NCBI GenBank assembly: GCA_032153875.1
Contig: JALDYP010000004.1
Span: 2,775-66,774, forward strand
Direction: 5' to 3'
DNA from: Methylophilus sp.
GTDB lineage: Bacteria; Pseudomonadota; Gammaproteobacteria; Burkholderiales; Methylophilaceae
Length of the DNA stretch: 64,000 nt
The position numbers and the translations under genes were made by a program. Below the pieces are notes generated by a model. That model saw only the letters and a program-made list of their open reading frames with translations, did no database searches and had not been told where the DNA came from. Position 1 is the stretch's first letter. The number at the start of each line of letters is the position of its first letter. Below, piece after piece: positions 30,749 through 38,191 of the stretch.

Positions 30749-31021
30749 TCACAGAAATCGCCTTCGGTCATCCAAAAATAGTCGAAGAGCAAGTTTTAAA
30801 AATGTGAGAAACGCTATGAATGCCAATGCTTCATAGCGATGCATGAAATATGGTTTAAGAATTTGAGTAAGTGGTGATAACGGGCCAGATAATTCAAAAG
30901 CATCTACTTGAAACTGGCCGTAAACCAAGACAAGCAATGCACTCAACACACCCCCGGCTAACGCCAGTTGGGTGCGTGTTGAGTGCAATAACACTAAAAG
31001 ATTATCGGTGAGCCAACCCAT
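30749..31021 (-). CDS. Small 2-TM hypothetical protein
   Basis: 90 aa with two hydrophobic helices. Its ATG directly abuts the E1 stop, and its stop lies 9 bp before tnsA. Confidence 0.65.
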   Translation of the reverse strand: MGWLTDNLLVLLHSTRTQLALAGGVLSALLVLVYGQFQVDAFELSGPLSPLTQILKPYFMHRYEALAFIAFLTFLKLALRLFLDDRRRFL

Positions 31022-31870
31022 CTACAAATACCGCTCCAGATTGGCATTATTCAGAGAATCTTTAACATCATTGCAGAAGTAGCAATCCGGGCATTCCGGT
31101 GGTCGGCTGACGGCGACAATTCCCATGTTTCCACGATATTGCAGCTGCCTGACCGCCTTCCTGATGCCGGTGGTCTGCACCATGTATTCCTGCACGGCTA
31201 ATGATGCGATGACACCATTCAACGAAACCACTGACGGACCGATTTCATTGAGCTCACTGCGATCCACGCCATAGATGCTATCCCTGTCTTGCCTGGACTT
31301 CTCACTGGCAAGATCTTCTTGCGCAGCTTTTAGGTCAATCATGTCCATGCATACCAGGCAATTAGGCTCATCTGGGGCAACACAGGCCAGACGACCACCA
31401 AAGTAGAAGTTGTTTTCATCTTTGTGGGTGTCTGTCGCCAGGTCAAACAGCTCTTTTCCGTAAGCTAATGCGTACTCATTCAGAATCAGCCGGGCACCGT
31501 CATTATCCAGGCAACCAAAGATGGTACGTGCTTCACGCATTGCATCGAAAGCTTGCTTGCTACGAACACTCGCATGCACTTTGATGACTTCAATGGTAGG
31601 GTCAATCAGCGCCACTGAGCGTTTGATCATATCCACCTTGGGAAAGCCGGTAACCGGATCTGCATCGTATGCAAGCACGTAACGATTTTTGTTAGTCAGA
31701 CTTAGAACTTCATCATCGATGACAATCAGCTTGCGAACACCAAGATAAGCAAGTTGTTGAATGACATGAGTACCTAAGCCCCCGCAACCCACCACGGCCA
31801 CCACGCTTTCACGCAGTAACCGTTGTCCGTCAACGCCAAAGAAGCGTTCATTTCGGTCAAATCGATCCAT
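31022..31870 (-). CDS. ThiF/E1-like ubiquitin-activating enzyme (BubD-like)
   Basis: RFDRN, VGCGGLG, D..L..TN.NR, GCLDN..AR, CLVC and CYFC Zn sites, PSVVSLNGVIAS. Start at MDRFDR. Confidence 0.88.
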   Translation of the reverse strand: MDRFDRNERFFGVDGQRLLRESVVAVVGCGGLGTHVIQQLAYLGVRKLIVIDDEVLSLTNKNRYVLAYDADPVTGFPKVDMIKRSVALIDPTIEVIKVHASVRSKQAFDAMREARTIFGCLDNDGARLILNEYALAYGKELFDLATDTHKDENNFYFGGRLACVAPDEPNCLVCMDMIDLKAAQEDLASEKSRQDRDSIYGVDRSELNEIGPSVVSLNGVIASLAVQEYMVQTTGIRKAVRQLQYRGNMGIVAVSRPPECPDCYFCNDVKDSLNNANLERYL

Positions 31871-32387
31871 AGGAACCTCGCAAGAATGCTTTGATGGAAT
31901 TTTCAGTCGTGCGAAGAAACCCATCGCCAATCTGAATCCCGGAAATTGAAATCGGTTGCTTGCTGTCATCTACCCATGCAAAACCATCTACGCAGTCATA
32001 GCCGTAAACAAGTGCGCCATAGGGTTTCTTGGCGAGTCGCCAGCGGATATGCGGTACAAAGTCACGGAAGCCCATCCAGTCAGCCAAAGAAAAGGCGACT
32101 TTAGTTTGCCCTGGGTGACAGTGAATCTCGACCAGTGATGCACCCATGTCGTGAGCCTTTTTAATCAGGCCGGCACGGGTTTCATCAGACAGTTCCAGAT
32201 AGTCCCGCTCCTGCGAGACATAATCCGAACCTTTAAGGGGCATCCACTCAATGACTTGAAATGCCTGTGCCATCTCGTCAAACTGGCAGAACAAGAATCC
32301 GCCTTGTTCACGCTTGTCACCTTTAGGAAAAAGGTGACTTAGCACATCTGCATGAGTGGATGCCGTCATATGAATGACGACTGCCAT
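31857..32387 (-). CDS. JAB/MPN+ metallo-isopeptidase (BubC-like)
   Basis: E(QGGFL) and HCHP..FS.AD JAMM motif; overlaps the E1 start. Confidence 0.82.
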   Translation of the reverse strand: MAVVIHMTASTHADVLSHLFPKGDKREQGGFLFCQFDEMAQAFQVIEWMPLKGSDYVSQERDYLELSDETRAGLIKKAHDMGASLVEIHCHPGQTKVAFSLADWMGFRDFVPHIRWRLAKKPYGALVYGYDCVDGFAWVDDSKQPISISGIQIGDGFLRTTENSIKAFLRGSYGSI

Positions 32388-32389
32388 GT

Positions 32390-33046
32390 TTAGGCCCCTT
32401 CACCCAGACGCACTGCAAAACTCAGTGCAAAGTTGAGAAGGTTGAAGCCTGCACCAATATCGCTGCTTGGTCTCCATTGGTCAGGTGCCCATGAGAACAT
32501 TCCCCACTGACCAGGAAATGGCGGTGTATCTGCCACGGTATCTTGATAGTTACCTGGCATTGCACCATTGAAGCGTAGGCCTGTTGGTACCCAGAAACCA
32601 TATGGCGGTGTTCCTGGATAATCTGGTTGTGCACGAAAAGCGATGTCCGCTTGTCGCAAGCTCCAGCCTACTGGCAACGGATAATCTTTAATAAGAAACC
32701 AGCTACCGTCTTGGATGATTTGAGTCTTAAAATGGCCCTGCAAGTGTTGCATTTCATTGGTAAGGCGAGTGTCAAACAGGCTGTCGCCACGCTTCCACTT
32801 AACCTTCTTGGCGAAACCTTGTCCTGGCTTCAATTTAATGACTTCGCTCGGTGCCAATGTGCGTTCCACATTGTTCGCATCGATTTCGATTACACCCTCA
32901 CCAACCCATCCACCGAGCTTAGCGATTTCCTCGGTAGTGATAGTGTCTTTATGCCACTGATGTTCGACTCCCTCGATATTTAGAATATACTTAGGGTCAC
33001 GTGGTCTTATATTTGGATCTGAAGCATTCGTATTAACTGTTTGCAT
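32390..33046 (-). CDS. Ubiquitin-like (multi-ubiquitin-type) domain fused to a prokaryotic E2-like domain
   Basis: N-terminal YILNIEG..W.KDTIT.EEI..LGG...VIKLKPG ending KRG87, then LIKDYPLP.GW..P.DYP..PP..FW..QW..FSW..WRP. ATG at 33046 has an AAGGA SD. Confidence 0.75.
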   Translation of the reverse strand: MQTVNTNASDPNIRPRDPKYILNIEGVEHQWHKDTITTEEIAKLGGWVGEGVIEIDANNVERTLAPSEVIKLKPGQGFAKKVKWKRGDSLFDTRLTNEMQHLQGHFKTQIIQDGSWFLIKDYPLPVGWSLRQADIAFRAQPDYPGTPPYGFWVPTGLRFNGAMPGNYQDTVADTPPFPGQWGMFSWAPDQWRPSSDIGAGFNLLNFALSFAVRLGEGA

Positions 33047-33103
33047 GGCTGAATTTTCCTTTTCAATTTGAACAGAGCTAAATGTGTTCTGCTCTTGCAA
33101 GGT

Positions 33104-33191
33104 AATGCTGAAAATCGGTATTTTTTTGACGTGATAAATCCAGAAAATAAATTTTCATTGCGCGTGTCAAAAATCGTTTTTTTTAAGCATT
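33104..33191. promoter_or_regulatory. Back-to-back putative ECF-type promoters (GTCAAAAA-N13/14-GCATT)
   Basis: Same bipartite motif on the plus strand (33166-33191) and the minus strand (33130-33104). Confidence 0.55.
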
Positions 33192-33214
33192 CTTCTTGTG
33201 AGGAGGATATTTAA

Positions 33215-33829
33215 ATGAACAAACCTGATCTATTAGCAGTGACTTTGGGTGATTTGGCGACTGATGCTGAAATACGAGCAGAGGTTGAGGCGCAAACGCG
33301 AAATCCCTCCCCGCGTATATATGCAGCTGCGCGTGCAATTCTTAATCACCATCCAAAGTTAAAAATCCATACAACAGAGGAAGACCTCATTGGGGCAGCC
33401 TATAGCTCCGTTCTTGGAGAGCGAAACTGGAATAAGACGAAAGTAGACTTCTTCGGTCATTTCGTCGGTGTCATGCGTAGCATTGCTTCTGATGCGACTA
33501 GGAAGGCAACTCATACTAGAGCGCAATTAACTTATGGTCATGAAGAGTTTGATGAAGTGGATTCGGTCAGTACCACAGAGCAAGATACTGACCTGTCTCC
33601 TGAAGACATTCTCATTGCCAATGAGGAAGCAGATGAACAAGAACAGCGTATCGAGAAACTTCGTAAGCTGTTAGTTAACGATAAGGATGCGACATCGATC
33701 CTTAATCTGTTACTTGAGCATGGCTTATCTAAATCGGAAATCCGTGAAAAACTCGGAATGCATGACAAATCGTTTTGGGCTGCTGACCGCAGGCTTCAAC
33801 GTGCTGTCATGAAAATAGGAGAGACCTAA
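33215..33829 (+). CDS. Divergent ECF-like RNA polymerase sigma factor
   Basis: Region-2-like EDLI..A...L..R.W...F..VMRSI, SPED linker, and region-4 HTH GLSKSEIREKLGM..RRLQR. GAGGAGG SD. Confidence 0.7.
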   Translation: MNKPDLLAVTLGDLATDAEIRAEVEAQTRNPSPRIYAAARAILNHHPKLKIHTTEEDLIGAAYSSVLGERNWNKTKVDFFGHFVGVMRSIASDATRKATHTRAQLTYGHEEFDEVDSVSTTEQDTDLSPEDILIANEEADEQEQRIEKLRKLLVNDKDATSILNLLLEHGLSKSEIREKLGMHDKSFWAADRRLQRAVMKIGET

Positions 33830-33832
33830 ATT

Positions 33833-34267
33833 ATGCAAACTAAGGAAAAAGGAAATTTAGCAATAGACGAAGCATTGCTTGATCAAGCCCTTGATCATAT
33901 CTTGAACAGCCCAGATGATGAATTCATTACTTATGCCCGTGAAACTCTGAACCTGGACCCAGAATTTATGGCAGCTGCTAATAGTGCAGCTGCTTTGAAG
34001 GCTCTGGATGAGCAAAACATGAAAAATGTATTGGCATCCTCTAACATTGACCCAGCTAAGGTTCGTTTTCGTCCAAGCTCCATGGTGAAAACACCTGAGC
34101 AAAGCCGTAGCTATGTAGATAGATTTATCGAGAACGCTAAGGTGTTGGGTTATAAATTTAGTAACGAATTTTTATCAGGACTCACAGAGAACACATTGCA
34201 GCAAAAAATGGCTTTCAAATCTAAAACTCACCGTGAAACCAGATCACGTAAGAAAAGCCAACCATGA
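33833..34267 (+). CDS. Hypothetical protein, candidate anti-sigma/partner
   Basis: Starts 3 bp after the sigma gene; helical N-terminus (ILNSPDDEF). Confidence 0.55.
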   Translation: MQTKEKGNLAIDEALLDQALDHILNSPDDEFITYARETLNLDPEFMAAANSAAALKALDEQNMKNVLASSNIDPAKVRFRPSSMVKTPEQSRSYVDRFIENAKVLGYKFSNEFLSGLTENTLQQKMAFKSKTHRETRSRKKSQP

Positions 34268-34324
34268 ATTCCAGTCTAGCTCATCGTCTATTTAACTTAA
34301 GTAGATCATGACAGGCACCCCTCC

Positions 34325-34347
34325 CGGCCACTTGGCCGGTTTTTTTT
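34325..34347 (+). terminator. Terminator after the sigma operon
   Basis: CCGGCCA-CT-TGGCCGG followed by a long T-tract. Confidence 0.8.
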
Positions 34348-34411
34348 ATCTATACAGAAACAACAGTGTAGTTTCTAAATTTTTAAATGATATTTTATTC
34401 AATGAAATCAG

Positions 34412-34447
34412 TTGACTATATTTAGAGTCTAGAGCTAAACTCTAAAT
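34412..34447 (+). promoter_or_regulatory. Sigma-70 promoter with overlapping inverted-repeat operator
   Basis: TTGACT-18bp-TAAACT. ATTTAGAGT (34420-34428) and ACTCTAAAT (34439-34447) form an inverted repeat. Confidence 0.65.
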
Positions 34448-34903
34448 ATGAGTATTCCGAAGCCAACGCGTAAGGCCAAAACTTGGTTTGAAGCCAAGGA
34501 TGCAGCTAAGCATTCAGGCCTTACAATGGATATGGTCAATTATCTGTGTCGTCATGAAATGGTGATCCCATCAGCAGGTAATCATCGCGGTCGCGGCTCC
34601 AAACGTAGATACAGTTTTGCGGATATATTATTGCTACGTGTCATGGCGAAACTCCTTGCAAACGGCATTTCACCGCTACGTTTGAAGGAAAATCTGAAGG
34701 CTTTAAACCAACGAGGCATTGAGAGTAAAGGCATCTTAACAACTCGTTACGTGGTCACGGATGGGTATAGCATCTATTTTGCAGACCATGGTGTAGTAGA
34801 ATTACTAGAGTCTGGTCAAATGTCGTTTGCATTTGTCCTTGAACTGTCGAAACTTAGAGAAGAAATTACTGCCAATATAGAAAGTGGACTAAAAATTGCG
34901 TAG
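34448..34903 (+). CDS. MerR-family HTH regulator (non-metal, Rv1830/BldC-like)
   Basis: AAKHSGLT..V.Y....IPS..GRGSKRRYSFADILLLRV..LL..GIS; no C-terminal Cys metal site. Confidence 0.8.
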   Translation: MSIPKPTRKAKTWFEAKDAAKHSGLTMDMVNYLCRHEMVIPSAGNHRGRGSKRRYSFADILLLRVMAKLLANGISPLRLKENLKALNQRGIESKGILTTRYVVTDGYSIYFADHGVVELLESGQMSFAFVLELSKLREEITANIESGLKIA

Positions 34904-34968
34904 CAAAAGTGCGTAGCTTGAGGTGGCTGCGTATTTTTGGGTTGAATTTTTAAGAAACGGAGAAAAAT

Positions 34969-35409
34969 ATGCCTATCATGTCTTCAACACGTCCAGATAG
35001 TAGTAGTGCAAGATATAAACGTTTCGCAGCAATCGTAACTGATTTAGCCGATGACTCTACTGCCATACCTGCCTATAACCAAATCCCGGTTGAGGGCTTA
35101 TTCAGGCTGATGGAAATGTATCGTTATGATGCCTTCAAAGATGAAACACATAGCGGTGTATTAGCCATGAGTAGTGCATCGTATGGCAGACGACACCATC
35201 AAATGTCATCAAAGAGCTGGCACTTGCCAATCAAAGAGGCATTAGACAGCACCATGAAAATAGTATTTGCCAATAAAGCAAAAGAAGACGCGGTTTACGA
35301 AGTAGAGATCATTTTGTATCAAATGTCGGAAAATGCACCTTTAACACAAGAACAACAGGTTCAGGCTAAGAGCTTTTTCAGCACATTTGAAAAAGCATTG
35401 GTTTTATAA
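34969..35409 (+). CDS. Hypothetical protein
   Basis: 146-aa ORF with a GGAG SD, inside the operon; no motif recognised. Confidence 0.65.
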   Translation: MPIMSSTRPDSSSARYKRFAAIVTDLADDSTAIPAYNQIPVEGLFRLMEMYRYDAFKDETHSGVLAMSSASYGRRHHQMSSKSWHLPIKEALDSTMKIVFANKAKEDAVYEVEIILYQMSENAPLTQEQQVQAKSFFSTFEKALVL

Positions 35410-35420
35410 GGTGATCATCA

Positions 35421-36776
35421 ATGCGTCCAGTAGATTTCCTGAAAAATGAATGTGAAAATCTGCTTTCCGTATTGGACCAAACCCTTCGATATGATTATGG
35501 ATTAGAGGGTAGCCGAGAGTTTTATGAGGAATGCGGCCAACGCCTTGAATACATTCAGGCATCCCTCGAATTGGTTGATCCCACAAATACTCATATCGTT
35601 CGTGAACTAGCCGTAAACCTTGAATTTTTGTCTGAACTTGTTTGCCGTATTGAGAGATCATCGTTAGGTGAATACTCATGGCCGTTTGTCGAAGAATTCA
35701 AGGAAATATCTAAAGCACTTTGTACTGAAAAACGAGTTTTAAAAGATCGCGTTGTAACACGTGTTCCAAATGTGCATGTCATTGCTGAAGGTGGTCTGCA
35801 TACTTACTCTATTTATTCAGATGCAAACAAGCAGCTGAGCAAACGCAGAATATTCATTATTGAATTCCCGCGAACCCTCAAACATTATGTTTTATTTCAT
35901 ACTATCCTAGGTCATGAAATGGGGCATGCCATCTACAACATTCCCCTGATCCAAAATGAACTTGATGAAATTTTTATAGAAAATTTCGTGAAGGCAAGCC
36001 CGGTATTCAAAGATCAACCAACGGTTGTGCAATGGTTATACTCTGAAGCAGCACCACAAGAAGTAAAAGCCAGACTGAATCATTTGAAAACTGAGCATTC
36101 AATTGACCATGACGATTTTTTCTTTGCGCATGCAGATTACGATGCATGGCTGCAAGAGTTTTTATGCGACTTCATCGGATTACTGATGTTTGGCCCAAGT
36201 TTCCTGGGAGCGGTATGTCACTTGTTATACAGCAATGACCCCCTTGGCAGGCAGGTAAATGAAGAGCATCCACTAACCGGTATCCGAGCAAATACCTTGT
36301 TATTGGCAGCAGAATCGCTTGGCTATACTGAATGGAAATTTGACCAATCAGTCCAACCAGCTGTTGATGCATTTTGGAAGGATGTTTACGAGAAACAAGA
36401 AACAGATCCTTGGTTCAAAGTGATCTCGAAAGAAGCTGTCAAAAACACTGTTAATAAATTACAAGCGTTTTTGGCAAGCTTCCCGAAAACACTCTATCAG
36501 GCACCTGACCCGGAAAATATCAATCATTTAGTGCATCAAATTTTAGATCGGTGCCCGCCAGTTGGCTATAAGTTCACGCCTGAAGGTCCGCAATATAGAC
36601 ATGTGGATTTCAGAGATATCATCTTTGCAGGCTGGATTGCCCAGTCTCAACCTGGGTCAACGATTAAGTTTTCAGATATCAATCGCTTATGCGAACATGG
36701 GATCATGCAGCAAGTATCAATTGAAAAGATGCTGGAAAATCCCAAAAAATCTGAAGACAATAAAAAAGCAGCATAA
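35421..36776 (+). CDS. HExxH zinc-metallopeptidase-like protein
   Basis: HEMGH, downstream WLQEFLCD..GP (third ligand E) and HP...R, an M48/gluzincin-like pattern; no TM or signal peptide. Confidence 0.7.
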   Translation: MRPVDFLKNECENLLSVLDQTLRYDYGLEGSREFYEECGQRLEYIQASLELVDPTNTHIVRELAVNLEFLSELVCRIERSSLGEYSWPFVEEFKEISKALCTEKRVLKDRVVTRVPNVHVIAEGGLHTYSIYSDANKQLSKRRIFIIEFPRTLKHYVLFHTILGHEMGHAIYNIPLIQNELDEIFIENFVKASPVFKDQPTVVQWLYSEAAPQEVKARLNHLKTEHSIDHDDFFFAHADYDAWLQEFLCDFIGLLMFGPSFLGAVCHLLYSNDPLGRQVNEEHPLTGIRANTLLLAAESLGYTEWKFDQSVQPAVDAFWKDVYEKQETDPWFKVISKEAVKNTVNKLQAFLASFPKTLYQAPDPENINHLVHQILDRCPPVGYKFTPEGPQYRHVDFRDIIFAGWIAQSQPGSTIKFSDINRLCEHGIMQQVSIEKMLENPKKSEDNKKAA

Positions 36777-36812
36777 AAAAACCACTAATAAGCGTGCTTA
36801 AGGGAGCGTACC

Positions 36813-37478
36813 ATGTCTGCATTATCAAAAAAGGCGATTGAAGAGCGTCTTAGCGCTACAGATTTCAAACGACTAACAGTTTCACCCATTCTGGATCGTC
36901 GCCAGATTGGGCCATCATCCATCGACCTGCGTATGGGAAATGTCGTCATGGTTGCTAAAGCCGGTGGTCAATCTCATGTTGAGCCGGCAGTGTATAAAAA
37001 AGTGAAAGACCACGACTGCGTAAGATACAAACAACAAAAGCATGAACGTGTCGATATTCCTTTTGGTAAGCCATTCCTATTGCATCCTGGTACTCTAGCG
37101 TTGGTTCCAACGTTGGAGTGGGTACATCTGCCAGTTGATTTACAAGGTATTGTGACTGCGCGATCATCCTGGGCAAGAGAAGGATTGAACATTGCAACTG
37201 CAACGATTGTGAATCCAGATTACCGTGGCATTATCACACTGGAATTAGCCAACTTCGGTGAAATTCCTATTGAACTGTATCCTGGACTCAGACTAGCTCA
37301 AATCGCATTTTATGTATTGGAAGATGCGCCAACAGAAGGTTATGACGGCCAGTTCAAAATGAGTTTTGAACCAGCCGCTGGTGACATTTCCCAAGATGAT
37401 GATTACTTCATCCCGGTTAAAGAGAATAAGGAAAAATCAGCCACTTGTAGTGACGGCTCTGATGGTTGTGTCGTTTAA
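36813..37478 (+). CDS. dcd: dCTP deaminase-like protein (trimeric dUTPase fold)
   Basis: QIGPSSIDLRMG, FLLHPG.LAL..TLE, ARSSWAREG, G.ITLELAN and LYPG.R.AQI motifs. Confidence 0.85.
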   Translation: MSALSKKAIEERLSATDFKRLTVSPILDRRQIGPSSIDLRMGNVVMVAKAGGQSHVEPAVYKKVKDHDCVRYKQQKHERVDIPFGKPFLLHPGTLALVPTLEWVHLPVDLQGIVTARSSWAREGLNIATATIVNPDYRGIITLELANFGEIPIELYPGLRLAQIAFYVLEDAPTEGYDGQFKMSFEPAAGDISQDDDYFIPVKENKEKSATCSDGSDGCVV

Positions 37479-37871
37479 AAAATACGTCAATAAATAATAG
37501 TAAGCAAAGCCGACTAATACCGTTTTTCCATAAAACAGAATATAAGGCACATAAAGAATCCACGGCTCAACACCATCGAGGTCAGAGTCTTCAGAGATAA
37601 GGCCTTTATGCAGTTTCACCTCTTCCAGCCTAAAAATAATATGCCAGGCAATAGTTCCATATAAATATTGAGCAAAATCCGCTGCTAGCGCAAAAACAAC
37701 GAACAACAGCGGCGTGATTAGTTCTTCTGGTAGAGTAAACCCACCTTCAGGTTTTGTGACCTTGTACAACCAAACAATCGCAATAGCCGATAATGCTAAT
37801 GTCCGGGTATTCTCAGATACTTTTTTAGTCGCATCAAAATGATAATCTCTATAAGTCTGTAATTTAGGCAT
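37437..37871 (-). CDS. Hypothetical 3-TM membrane protein
   Basis: 144 aa with three hydrophobic segments; starts 2 bp after the HU stop; overlaps the dcd 3' end convergently. Confidence 0.65.
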   Translation of the reverse strand: MPKLQTYRDYHFDATKKVSENTRTLALSAIAIVWLYKVTKPEGGFTLPEELITPLLFVVFALAADFAQYLYGTIAWHIIFRLEEVKLHKGLISEDSDLDGVEPWILYVPYILFYGKTVLVGFAYYYLLTYFLNDTTIRAVTTSG

Positions 37872-37873
37872 GA

Positions 37874-38191
37874 TTATCCCTTTCCACCAGGACCACCGCC
37901 ACCCGTTTTAATACCGCTTTTCTTCACGGCATCTTTTAGGCGCGTGCCTGCTGAAAATGATGCTCTTTTTGTAGCCGCAATCTTGATGGTTTTACCAGTC
38001 TGCGGATTTCGGCCTGTTCTTTCCTTGTGATCAGCTACTTTGAAAGTTCCAAAGCCTGGGATTACAACGCTCTCACCATCACCTAAAGCACCCTGAATAC
38101 TTTCTATCACAGCGTCAACAGCGATAGATGCTTCTTTTTTGGTTAGGCCTTTTTCACTAACCATTTTTGCAATTAGCTCAGACTTATTCAT
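37874..38191 (-). CDS. HU-family DNA-binding protein with a C-terminal Gly-rich extension
   Basis: MNKSELI, GFGTF, R.GRNPQTG..I.I and F.AG..LKDAV, followed by KKSGIKTGGGGPGGKG. Confidence 0.9.
   Translation of the reverse strand: MNKSELIAKMVSEKGLTKKEASIAVDAVIESIQGALGDGESVVIPGFGTFKVADHKERTGRNPQTGKTIKIAATKRASFSAGTRLKDAVKKSGIKTGGGGPGGKG

Noticed and set aside
31022-33046. CBASS Cap2/Cap3, or thiamine/molybdopterin ThiF
   Set aside because: No CD-NTase or cyclase and no ThiS/MoaD pathway genes nearby; the Ubl, E2, JAB, E1 order fits Bub-like operons.
33131-33140. GTGATAAATC identical to 22600-22609 at the transposon terminus
   Set aside because: Same orientation as the left end and no TnsB site follows; likely chance in AT-rich DNA.
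22601-38191. CRISPR-associated transposon or CRISPR array
   Set aside because: No cas genes seen. The three 19-bp repeats are unevenly spaced TnsB sites, and targeting is explained by TnsD and TnsE.
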